Of a DNA stretch of 39,283 bases, positions 9,871 through 18,794 are shown one piece after another. The stretch spans positions 1 through 39,283 of IMG/VR virus record IMGVR_UViG_3300017761_005913; one strand, 5' to 3'. A program made the position numbers and the translations under genes. Source of the stretch: a virus (Duplodnaviria > Caudoviricetes). Under the pieces are notes generated by a model, which saw only the letters and a list, made by a program, of their open reading frames with translations, made no database searches and was not told where the DNA came from. Numbering within the stretch: the first letter of the stretch is position 1; the number at the start of each line of letters is the position of its first letter.

Positions 9871-11145
9871 ATGGCGACTTTCAAAGAGATCACAGCAGCA
9901 GACATTCAGACAACGAGGACTGCCCTCAGCCAGCTCGTCGATGTCATCCAGACCGACGTCTCGAGCTCTGCAACCCGAAAGGGCTACTCGATGTTTGTCA
10001 CGGCCTCGACGGATCCTGCTGGAACTGTCTACTCGGTGACATCGTCCCTCTTCCAGACGGTGTACGACCAGGACTACACCCTCCAGGTCGCCAACGCGAT
10101 CTTTGACACCACGATCGGGCTCTATGAGTCGGGATCCACGGCTACCAGTGCAAGCCTGGGGGTGGACTCGAGCGGGAAGATCCTGTTCCCGTCGAGCTCC
10201 CTGATGATGAGGGAGAAGATCGACCTCTATAAGATCCACGCCGGGAAGCTCCTTGGAAATCCTGAGTCTCCATTCTACGCTCCCTACGACTCGACGACTT
10301 CCGGCGACCAGATAGACGAGGCGATCTTCATCGACTTCAAGCGGCTCTTTGCTAGGGATAAGATCAAGCGTGAGACTTTCGCGATGCGATTCTACACCAC
10401 GGGAGTCCTCGACGGCAATTCGAACGCTTCGACTTTTGAGAAGGCTCTAACGAACGGCTACACGGGATCGAATATCTACAAGACCTCTGTCTCGGGTGCG
10501 ACAATCTTCACGGACGTCGGAGCCGCAGCGAATAGGCGAACCGCTTTCGGTGGCGATGTCGGTGACGTGGTGAATGCTTCGAACTCGGCGAACAAGGTGG
10601 GACTCATCTTCTACGACGCTGGTATCGTGGTTCTCGACGCATCGAAGGTGATGTTTGCGAACCAGCACGTGTCAGGTGTCATCTCCGCAGTGACCTCGGC
10701 AGGAGGGGGAGCAGGCACCAACGCAACGATCATCGGTTCAAGCAGTCTCCCCAGCTCGAACCCTTCCGCGAAATTCATACCTGACTTCTTCGTTTCCGCG
10801 TCAGTGGATGACATTGTCGATCACATCACGTCCACAAGGTTCTCGTCCGGTTCATTCTCGGCAATGACCTTCCAGAACCAGACATCGATCAACTCAACGC
10901 TCTTCTTCTGCAGGGCAACAGCTGACGAGTTCAACTACTCTTCGAACCCGACGTTCACGGATGACGAGAGCAGGATCGTGGTGATCGAGGACGGTCAGGA
11001 GGACGTGGAGAGAACATTCACGTTCCCCACGACAATCGGTCTCTACGACGCAAACAACAACCTTCTCTCGGTTGCGAAGTTCTCACGACCCATAGAGAAG
11101 AACGATGAGAAGGATCTCACGATAAGGGTGAGGCTCGACTTCTGA
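9871..11145 (+). CDS. Putative virion structural (tail/baseplate) protein
   Basis: 424 aa, S/T/G-rich. The C-terminal IGLYDANNNLLSVAKFSRPIEK..IRVRLDF is of tail-collar-fibre type and is paralogous to the next gene's C-terminus. Confidence 0.65.
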   Translation: MATFKEITAADIQTTRTALSQLVDVIQTDVSSSATRKGYSMFVTASTDPAGTVYSVTSSLFQTVYDQDYTLQVANAIFDTTIGLYESGSTATSASLGVDSSGKILFPSSSLMMREKIDLYKIHAGKLLGNPESPFYAPYDSTTSGDQIDEAIFIDFKRLFARDKIKRETFAMRFYTTGVLDGNSNASTFEKALTNGYTGSNIYKTSVSGATIFTDVGAAANRRTAFGGDVGDVVNASNSANKVGLIFYDAGIVVLDASKVMFANQHVSGVISAVTSAGGGAGTNATIIGSSSLPSSNPSAKFIPDFFVSASVDDIVDHITSTRFSSGSFSAMTFQNQTSINSTLFFCRATADEFNYSSNPTFTDDESRIVVIEDGQEDVERTFTFPTTIGLYDANNNLLSVAKFSRPIEKNDEKDLTIRVRLDF

Positions 11146-11154
11146 GGAAAATCG

Positions 11155-13467
11155 ATGGCGTTCATAAAACTACCAAGAGACGCCTTCGACACGTTCACGG
11201 TGACGGCGAGGCCGAGTCGGACATTCATCTCGTCGTCATCCGGTGTGACTGGGAGCGTGCGTGTCTACCAGCGCTCCTCGGACTCCGAGAAGGAGATCTC
11301 ACCGTACAGGGACGATTTCGCGGAGGACAGCATCGAGCTCATCCACGATGAGCTCCGCAAGAGTGCGTCAGGCTCCACGAACTACTCAGCTCTCGCTGAG
11401 GAGTACATGACTGCGGTGAACTCTGCGGCAAGGTCGCCGAGGCGGTTGAAGGAAGTCCAGGTACTGAGATTTGAGCCTTCCTTTCAGTTCACGGGTGACA
11501 CTCTGAGGAAGTCTGTAGTCAGGAATGTATTGTACCCCTACTACAGAACGACTTACCCAGACCTCAACTGGGGTTTCACGAACTACCTGTCGCTTCACTT
11601 CCCGGACGGGGTGGGTCCGTCTAACGCTGCCCTCATCTACCCCTCCACGGGATCCGCGTACTACCCGAGCTCGTCATTCAGCTTCGAGACTTACCTGAAG
11701 CCGAGCTACACTGCGGCGTCCGGCTCAGACTTCAAGGCCGGGACAATACTACACGCCTCCTCGTCATACTGTCTCTCACTTGCGACAGGATCTCTTCGCG
11801 ACTCGTACGGGAGGCCGAGCTCTTACAGGCTCATCCTACAACTGAGTCACTCGGCTGACGTGTCACCCTCTCTCGTTAATCTCACTGCGCAGAATGGATC
11901 TCGGGCCGCCCCGCAGGACCTCGTCTTCGTGAGTGAAGACGAGAAGATACTCTTCAACAACTGGCACCACGTTGTCGCAAGGTGGTCCCCCACCGCGGAC
12001 GGCTCAACAGGCTCTTTCTACATTGACGGAGTGAAATCTGGAGAGTTCGTGGTCCCATACTATTCCGTGACAACCGGGACCGTGGGGGAGGCTCTCTTTG
12101 TCGGAAACTACTTTGAGAGCCCACGGACAGTGTCGAACAGGCCCGCAGGTTTCTTCAATGAGGACGCGGTAGAGAACGAGGGAGTCACTGACGACTTTGA
12201 CGCGGTGGGAAACTCTCTTGTCCAACCGAGTAATTTCAATCTCACCCATCCGTTCAGGGGTGAGATACACGAGACAAGGGTGTGGGACTCCTACAGGAAC
12301 ACTGACGAGATAGTAAGTGGGAGTAGGGAGGGCTCGGAGATCACGGATGACCTCCTCTTCTACCTCCCGCCCTTCTTCGTGAAAGAGGGTCCACGGAGAA
12401 AGGTGCTACAGTCTCCCTTCCAGTCCTACCTCTCAGAGACTGACGACCCGTTCAACGTTGCTCTCAGCTTCGGAGTCGGTGGTCACCTGATAAACCTCGA
12501 GAACCACGTGAGGGAGTTCGTGAGAGGAGTCTATCCGAGGCTCCTGCACCTCACGGGAACTACTATAGAATCACAGACTCTCGAGAACCTTGAGGCGAAC
12601 GGTTACCTCTACGCTACAGGCTCTATCGTAAGAAGGAACCTCACGATACTTCCCAATGACAACGGCAAGTTCTACCCGAATTTCACCCTTGTAGAATCTG
12701 GTTCCTCGTACTCCTCGGGATCTTCTAACGAGAAGTTCGTGAACGATTACGGTGCGCCCGACCTGAGAGTGGTAAATCTTTCGAAGCTTGTGCCGACCTC
12801 ATCACTCTTCCCCGGCCTCATCCAGGACGGAGATCTACTCGATGAGGTGATGGGAGCTTCACCGGAGAACCCAGGCGTGGCTCCCGGCTCCGTCCTCACG
12901 ATATTCCAGAGGACAAGAGACACAAGCTCGAACATGGTGACATTCTTTGACGCTTCGAACCTCTTCTACGGAGGCAGATTGCACCCTGGGAGCTTCACTC
13001 TCACCGATCCTGGGCTCACGGGAAGCGCAGGGACCATGTCGGTAACTCTCAGGGACAATGGCAGGGGAGGGCTCTACCGTGCGGACGCGTCTTCATCCCA
13101 TGCGACCTGGTCGCCTGTCGGAAGCGTCCTCTACCCTGAGGGGCTTGCCACCGTAACTTCCCCCTACTACGGGGAGCTCTTCGGAAAGGACGCCTTCAGC
13201 GTAGAATTCAAGGGTGAGCAGGAAGTTCACGTCCTCGAGATGCAGGCAATTGCGCCGGCATGGACTCTCAACACCAGCTCGAACCCGACTTACAAGCCCC
13301 TCTACTCCTCGGACTACGCGAACGACAAGGACAAGGGCTTTGTCTTCATTAACACGCTCAACTTCCACGACGAGAATCTGAACGTAGTGGCTCGTGCAAA
13401 CCTGTCGCAGCCCATCGTGAAAAGACCGGGTGACAGGATCATGTTCCGAGTCAAGTTCGACTTCTAG
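11155..13467 (+). CDS. Virion structural protein with LamG/concanavalin-A-like lectin domain
   Basis: 770 aa with LamG motifs (FSFETYLK, NNWHHVVARW, FYIDG, FRGEIHETRVWD) and C-terminal VVARANLSQPIVK..FRVKFDF. Confidence 0.75.
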   Translation: MAFIKLPRDAFDTFTVTARPSRTFISSSSGVTGSVRVYQRSSDSEKEISPYRDDFAEDSIELIHDELRKSASGSTNYSALAEEYMTAVNSAARSPRRLKEVQVLRFEPSFQFTGDTLRKSVVRNVLYPYYRTTYPDLNWGFTNYLSLHFPDGVGPSNAALIYPSTGSAYYPSSSFSFETYLKPSYTAASGSDFKAGTILHASSSYCLSLATGSLRDSYGRPSSYRLILQLSHSADVSPSLVNLTAQNGSRAAPQDLVFVSEDEKILFNNWHHVVARWSPTADGSTGSFYIDGVKSGEFVVPYYSVTTGTVGEALFVGNYFESPRTVSNRPAGFFNEDAVENEGVTDDFDAVGNSLVQPSNFNLTHPFRGEIHETRVWDSYRNTDEIVSGSREGSEITDDLLFYLPPFFVKEGPRRKVLQSPFQSYLSETDDPFNVALSFGVGGHLINLENHVREFVRGVYPRLLHLTGTTIESQTLENLEANGYLYATGSIVRRNLTILPNDNGKFYPNFTLVESGSSYSSGSSNEKFVNDYGAPDLRVVNLSKLVPTSSLFPGLIQDGDLLDEVMGASPENPGVAPGSVLTIFQRTRDTSSNMVTFFDASNLFYGGRLHPGSFTLTDPGLTGSAGTMSVTLRDNGRGGLYRADASSSHATWSPVGSVLYPEGLATVTSPYYGELFGKDAFSVEFKGEQEVHVLEMQAIAPAWTLNTSSNPTYKPLYSSDYANDKDKGFVFINTLNFHDENLNVVARANLSQPIVKRPGDRIMFRVKFDF

Positions 13468-13477
13468 CTGGAGAATC

Positions 13478-14056
13478 GTGGAATCATCGAAGAAATTGTA
13501 CCTTGGCGTAGACGTGAGCACCTCTTGCACTGGTTTCTCCCTCTTGGACGAGGACGGGAGGCTTCTGGATGCAAGGTTTGTCTATCTCAGCGATGAGAAG
13601 ACGACTTACGGAAAAGCAAGGGCCGTCGTTGAAGTTCTCAAGAACTATAAGGACATGCGGATAGAGTGCGTTTCTGTAGAGCAGAACATGCTCGGTTTCA
13701 GGCAGGGAGCTTCATCGGCATTCACGCTCATTGCCCTCGCAAAGTTCAACGGAATTGTCTCATATCTCATTGCTGACGAGCTGGGGCTCATCCCCGAGTC
13801 GATACCTGTCTCGAAGGCTCGAAAGTCGGCACAGGTTCCCCTCGTGAAGGGTGTCAACGTGAAGGAGCAGGTCACTAAGTGGGTGATGGACCGTGAGCCT
13901 GACTATCCGTGGCCCACGAAGACGGTGAAGGCGGGGAAGAGGAAGGGCGAGGACGTCCTCGAAAAGGGCGTCGAGGACGCTTGTGATGCGTATGTCATGG
14001 CAGTTGCGGCAATTAGCTTGAAATTATCGAGCGTTCCTATTACTGTCTTAAAGTGA
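13478..14056 (+). CDS. RuvC-like Holliday junction resolvase (RNase H fold)
   Basis: YLGVDVSTSCTGFSLLD (first catalytic Asp), VSVEQ (Glu) and EDACDAYVMA (DxxD). GTG 13478 after GGAG is preferred over the track start at 13430. Confidence 0.85.
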   Translation: MESSKKLYLGVDVSTSCTGFSLLDEDGRLLDARFVYLSDEKTTYGKARAVVEVLKNYKDMRIECVSVEQNMLGFRQGASSAFTLIALAKFNGIVSYLIADELGLIPESIPVSKARKSAQVPLVKGVNVKEQVTKWVMDREPDYPWPTKTVKAGKRKGEDVLEKGVEDACDAYVMAVAAISLKLSSVPITVLK

Positions 14057-15012
14057 TAGACGCTACCGAAAGAATCGAACTTCTCCGCAAGGCTCTTGGG
14101 AACGCTGACGTCGGCAAGGACGGCGTCAATGTTGCTTTCAGGTGTCCAAGCTGTGGCAAGAACCCCGAGAAGAAGAAACTCATTGTCAGGATAGACAATG
14201 AGAAGTGGCACTGTTGGGTTTGTGACGCGAAAGGGAGGTCAATACTCGGGCTTCTGCGTAAGTACGCTCCAACCTACTCTGGTGAGTGGAGGACGAGATT
14301 CACCGATGAGAGGCGCGCTCACTTTGAGAATGACGAGGTTGTTCAAGAAGAGAAGGTCGAGCTCCCAGAGTGCCTGCCTATCGATTCACTGCTGAGCGCC
14401 AAAGACCCAGACGCAAAAGCAATCCTCATATACCTCGAGAAACGAAACGTGGATCTCGACAAGGCATACAGGTACAGGCTATGTGGAGGTCTCAGGGGGA
14501 AGGTCCGGCGTCGAGTGGTCTTCCCTTCTTTCGACTCCGAGGGGAAGTTGAACTATTGGACTGCGAGAGCGGTTGACAATGTCCCTCACAAGTACATGAA
14601 CCCAAGGACGGACAGGAAGCACATCGTCTTCAACGAGGTCGACATTGACTGGACAAAGGAGGTTACCCTTGTTGAGGGACCTTTCGATCTACTGAACGCT
14701 GGGCAGAACGCGATACCTCTCCTCGGATCCTCTCTCATGAGAGACTCTCTTCTCTTTCGGAGGATAGTCGAAAACCAGACCCCCGTGGTACTTGCGCTTG
14801 ACTCTGACGTGATGAAAAAGTCTCACGAGATTGCAAAGAGCTTGTACGGTTACAACGTTAGGGTTAGAGTTGCAGAGTTAGGTGGTAGCAAGGACGTGGG
14901 AGAAATGTCTGAACAGGAGTTCAGGACTCTTGCGACGGCGGCACCTGAGTGGCAACCGACCGATAGACTCAATTTTCTGATCAGGGGCATCTCCTCTGGT
15001 TCCATTCTGTGA
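14053..15012 (+). CDS. DNA primase (DnaG/T4 gp61-like; Zn-binding domain + TOPRIM)
   Basis: CPSC...WHCWVC zinc ribbon, RVVFP, KYMNP, TOPRIM LVEGPFD and LALDSD, KDVGEM. Confidence 0.9.
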   Translation: MIDATERIELLRKALGNADVGKDGVNVAFRCPSCGKNPEKKKLIVRIDNEKWHCWVCDAKGRSILGLLRKYAPTYSGEWRTRFTDERRAHFENDEVVQEEKVELPECLPIDSLLSAKDPDAKAILIYLEKRNVDLDKAYRYRLCGGLRGKVRRRVVFPSFDSEGKLNYWTARAVDNVPHKYMNPRTDRKHIVFNEVDIDWTKEVTLVEGPFDLLNAGQNAIPLLGSSLMRDSLLFRRIVENQTPVVLALDSDVMKKSHEIAKSLYGYNVRVRVAELGGSKDVGEMSEQEFRTLATAAPEWQPTDRLNFLIRGISSGSIL

Positions 15013-15018
15013 GGTAAC

Positions 15019-18000
15019 ATGAAGGTAGTTCACATCGCTGACGTACACTGGAGAGGCCTGAAGCGGCACGATGAATATCGAGCTGTCTTCGAACAGCTCT
15101 TCAAGGAAGCGAGGGCAGAGAAGCCTGACAGGATCGTGGTCGCTGGTGACATTGTTCACTCGAAGACGCAGGGAATCACTCCCGAGCTGATCCAGCACCT
15201 TGTCTGGTGGTTCACCGAGATGGCGTCGATTGCCCCCACGATAGTGACGCTTGGGAACCATGACGGTCTCATCCTCAACAAGTCTCGTCTTGATGCGATC
15301 TCTCCAATCATCGAGGCCCTCTGCAACCCGAACATCATCTTCCTGAGAGATAGCAAGGTCCACACCGAGACTGTTCGCGGGCTGGAAATTGCTTGGTGCA
15401 ATTTCTCCTGCTTCGATGAAGAAGGGTGGGATGACGTCAAGCCTGTCCCCGGTCACATCAACATTGCGCTCTTCCACGGTGCAGTCTGGGGAGCCAAGAC
15501 TGATTCTGAATGGGAGCTCACGGAGGGAGAGGTCGATATCCGTAAGTTCTCGAACTTTGACTACGGCATGTTCGGTGACATTCACAAGTACCAGCTCCTC
15601 GACCAGGCTGGGAGGTTTGCTTACCCTGGGTCCACGATACAGCAGAATTTCGGGGAGGACATTGACAAGGGTTACCTCGTGTGGGACATTGATTCGAGAG
15701 AAAAGTGGACTATCAGTCGCAGGATCGTCCAATCTCCCCACCCTCACGTGACAGTGCAGTGGGCTGGGTCCGTACAAGCGACCATCGAGGTATGCAGGTC
15801 TCACAGGCCGGGAAGTCGCTTCCGAATCTCATCGAACTCTGACCTACTTCAGGAGGAGTTCAAGCAGCTTGCTCACTTCCTGAAGGACGAGCAGCATGCT
15901 ACGGAGATCACTTGGAAGATTGACAGTAAGAAGGAAACTGGCACGATCTCTCTCGATGCCGATCTCATAGAGAAAGAGAGCCTTCGTGACCAGAAGACTC
16001 AGCTCGCTCTCCTCCGTCAGTATATCAAGGAAGACGGATTCGACGATGACGAGTGGAAGATTGTCGAGAAGCTCATCGAGAAGAATCTTGCACACGTCAA
16101 CGAGGAGGAGTCTCCTCGTCACGCAAAGTGGTCGATCAAGCGGATGGAGTGGGAGAACACTTTCACTTACGGGAAGGACAATCTAATTGACTTCACGAAG
16201 CTCAACGGGGTCGTAGGTCTCTTCGGTCCTAACAGGAGCGGGAAATCATCGATACCCGGAACGATCATGTACGGTCTCTACAACACGACAGACCGGGGAT
16301 CGATCAAGAACTTGCACATAGTGAACGCGAGGAAGGGGCACTGCAACGTCACCATCGACTTCTCGCTCAACAGCAAGACTTACCGCGTTGAGAGGATGAC
16401 GACCAAGAGTACTAGCAAGAAGGGCATCACGGGAGCCGCAACGCACGTGAACCTCTGGCAGCTTGACCCTGAGGGAAATCCAATCTTGGACATGTCAGGT
16501 GAGCAGCGCAGAGACTCTGACAAGGTTCTTCGAGGTCTCATCGGCAGTGCCGAAGACTTCCTTCTCACCTCGTTTGCGTCCCAAGGAGAGATGAACAACT
16601 TCATCAAAGAGAAGGCATCTGCTCGAAAGATGTACCTCAGCTCCTTCCTCGACCTCGGAGTCTTTGATGAGGTGTTCAGGAAGCTGAAGGATGACTCCTA
16701 CGGGCTGAAGGGTGCCATGAAGTCCCCGAGAGTTGACTACGAGAAGTCAATTACCGACTCGAAGGGAGAGCTTCATGGCCTTGAGTCTCGGAAAGAGACT
16801 CTCACCTCAGAGATCAAGGAGTCTCGAGAGAGAGTCCACGACCTGAACGTAGTCCTTGCAACGCACAAGGACAAGGGAAACGTGACGCAGGCGGACATTG
16901 ACGAGGCCGAGAGGAGGCTTCGAGGCCTATTTGAGAAGAGAGTCGAGAGCAAGCAGAAGCTCACCGACTCGATTGATACCCGGGAGAAGTCTCAGCTGAA
17001 GCTCGAGAAGATCGAGGGGCTGAAGTCAAAATTCCCTCTCCAGTCTCTTCGTGACGAGCTCACTCAGCTGAGAGAGCTTGAGAGGCGTGAGTCCTCTTTC
17101 GACTCGAGCCTCGAGAAGGAGAGGATGGTTCTGAAGAATCAGGAGAAGTCGGTATCAAAGCTCGCAGAGGTTCCGTGCGGTGACTCATTCCCATCCTGTA
17201 AATTCATCAAGGACTCTCACAGAGACAAGAAGCTCATTGACCAGCAGAAGCAGGTCATTGCGGACCTTCAGGAAGAGATACGGTCTGTTGCGCAGCAGGT
17301 GAAAGCAATCCGCGAGAAGTCGCTCGAGGAGAAGCTTCGGAAGTATGACGATGTTCTGAGGGAGGAGGCGACTCTCAGGGTGAAGCTGAAGTCTTGCGTT
17401 TCCGAAGAGTCACTTCTGGAAGAGTCGATATCGACCCTTGACACGAAGATAAACAATCTTGAGCCTGAGATTGCCTCCATGCGGCTTCGAGCCGTCGACA
17501 GCGAGTCTTCCGCAGAGCTAGACGCCCTGAAGAAGAAGGTCTACGAGGCTCAGGAGTCGATCCGGGCCAAGGAGGGAGAGCTGTCAGGCGTTGATAGGAA
17601 CTGCGGCATTCTGCTCGGCCGAATTGAGAATCTCATTGCCGAGCAGGAGTCTTTTGTCAAGGCTCGAAAGGAGTGGAGGCTCTATGAGAAGCTACTCGGA
17701 GCTTACGGGAAGAACGGAATCCCGCTGATGATCCTTGCCACCGAGCTTCCGAAGATCAACGCTGAGATTTCAAAGATCCTACACGGGGTCACGGGTTTCA
17801 CGGTGGTTCTTGAGGCCGATCCTGACTCGAATGATCTCGAGGTCTACCTCGATTACGGAGACTCACAGCGTCCTGTGGAGCTCGGAAGCGGTATGGAGAA
17901 GATGATGGCTTCTCTAGCGATCAGAGTTGCTCTCATCAATATTTCCTCTCTGCCCAAAACTGATATTCTAGTCATAGACGAGGGTTTCGGGGCTCTGGAT

Positions 18001-18159
18001 GACGCGAATGTCGAGGCCTGTAACAGGCTTCTCTCCTCCTTGAAGCGATACTTCAAGACAATACTTGTCATCTCTCATGTTGACGGAGTGAAGGAGGCAG
18101 TGGACGGAATGATAGAGATTGGGAAAAATGGAAAGGACTCACATGTACAGCACGTTTGA
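15019..18159 (+). CDS. Fused SbcD/Mre11 nuclease - SbcC/Rad50 ATPase (T4 gp47+gp46-like recombination exonuclease)
   Basis: Metallophosphoesterase motifs (HIADVH, GDIVH, LGNHD, LFHG, GDIH), then Walker A GPNRSGKS, Q-loop SQG, a long coiled coil, signature GSGMEK, Walker B/D-loop ILVIDEGFGALD and H-loop ISH, all in one 1046-aa ORF. Confidence 0.92.
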   Translation: MKVVHIADVHWRGLKRHDEYRAVFEQLFKEARAEKPDRIVVAGDIVHSKTQGITPELIQHLVWWFTEMASIAPTIVTLGNHDGLILNKSRLDAISPIIEALCNPNIIFLRDSKVHTETVRGLEIAWCNFSCFDEEGWDDVKPVPGHINIALFHGAVWGAKTDSEWELTEGEVDIRKFSNFDYGMFGDIHKYQLLDQAGRFAYPGSTIQQNFGEDIDKGYLVWDIDSREKWTISRRIVQSPHPHVTVQWAGSVQATIEVCRSHRPGSRFRISSNSDLLQEEFKQLAHFLKDEQHATEITWKIDSKKETGTISLDADLIEKESLRDQKTQLALLRQYIKEDGFDDDEWKIVEKLIEKNLAHVNEEESPRHAKWSIKRMEWENTFTYGKDNLIDFTKLNGVVGLFGPNRSGKSSIPGTIMYGLYNTTDRGSIKNLHIVNARKGHCNVTIDFSLNSKTYRVERMTTKSTSKKGITGAATHVNLWQLDPEGNPILDMSGEQRRDSDKVLRGLIGSAEDFLLTSFASQGEMNNFIKEKASARKMYLSSFLDLGVFDEVFRKLKDDSYGLKGAMKSPRVDYEKSITDSKGELHGLESRKETLTSEIKESRERVHDLNVVLATHKDKGNVTQADIDEAERRLRGLFEKRVESKQKLTDSIDTREKSQLKLEKIEGLKSKFPLQSLRDELTQLRELERRESSFDSSLEKERMVLKNQEKSVSKLAEVPCGDSFPSCKFIKDSHRDKKLIDQQKQVIADLQEEIRSVAQQVKAIREKSLEEKLRKYDDVLREEATLRVKLKSCVSEESLLEESISTLDTKINNLEPEIASMRLRAVDSESSAELDALKKKVYEAQESIRAKEGELSGVDRNCGILLGRIENLIAEQESFVKARKEWRLYEKLLGAYGKNGIPLMILATELPKINAEISKILHGVTGFTVVLEADPDSNDLEVYLDYGDSQRPVELGSGMEKMMASLAIRVALINISSLPKTDILVIDEGFGALDDANVEACNRLLSSLKRYFKTILVISHVDGVKEAVDGMIEIGKNGKDSHVQHV

Positions 18160-18439
18160 CAGGAACCACAAGCTACCAGTCTTCAAGTCTGTTTCTCCGC
18201 CTGAGGTTCCTTTCTGGTGTCCCCTCTGCAACTGCGCAATGGGGAGCGTCAGGGACGTTGAGTCTTTCAGGAGTGTGGGGACTTGTGGAAATTGTGAGAG
18301 AGATTTTGCTGACAGCAATCGAGAAGCATGGCTCGGAGGCTGGCGACCCACTCCGGATGAAGTTTCTGAAAATTTGAGGAAGCGGTCACAGTTTGTCATG
18401 GATAGATACTTAACTAAGAGGAGCAGCGATGGACGCTAA
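18143..18439 (+). CDS. Small putative Zn-finger protein
   Basis: CPLC...CGNC plus WLGGWRP. ATG 18143 after AAGGA is favoured over the track start at 18119. Confidence 0.65.
   Translation: MYSTFDRNHKLPVFKSVSPPEVPFWCPLCNCAMGSVRDVESFRSVGTCGNCERDFADSNREAWLGGWRPTPDEVSENLRKRSQFVMDRYLTKRSSDGR
18406..18412 (+). promoter_or_regulatory. Putative late promoter ATACTTA
   Basis: Heptamer 16 nt before ATG 18429, followed by a GAGGAG SD. Confidence 0.6.
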
Positions 18440-18794
18440 GCAACTTTCAGCCCTTGCGCAGTCTTTCCAGGATGTGATTGGCTCGCCCGATGGCAAGCAG
18501 TCAGTGAGTTACAAGTTCATTGGAGAAACCCTCCAGGTGACGTACATGAGCGTGGTTCATTTTGCCGAGGAACGCTCTATGCGTGAGCAGGTGAATCGAG
18601 AGACCGAGAGGTCAGTGCAGACTGTCAATGACGCCGTGAAGAAGGTCAATGACAGGTTCAAGGAGATCACTGGTAAGGGAGCGAAGCTGAAAGAGGTTCG
18701 GTCCACCGACAATGTCGAGATCATATCTGCAACGGCGACTTCTCCTCGCAGGATTGCTTACTACAGGCGTTACGTAGAGTTCGAGGTCAGGTAA
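18429..18794 (+). CDS. Hypothetical protein translationally coupled to the terminase
   Basis: 121 aa, strong SD, TAATG overlap with terL. Confidence 0.75.
   Translation: MDAKQLSALAQSFQDVIGSPDGKQSVSYKFIGETLQVTYMSVVHFAEERSMREQVNRETERSVQTVNDAVKKVNDRFKEITGKGAKLKEVRSTDNVEIISATATSPRRIAYYRRYVEFEVR

Noticed and set aside
13478-14056. RuvC domain as TnpB/Cas12 or transposase
   Set aside because: Too short, no zinc ribbon or IS ends; it sits beside the primase, as expected for a resolvase.
14878-15804. 308-aa minus-strand ORF, and other long antisense ORFs (4395-5054, 22470-23111, 24081-24692, 36631-37254)
   Set aside because: They lie opposite well-supported + strand genes, have no recognisable motifs and are expected shadows of biased codon usage.
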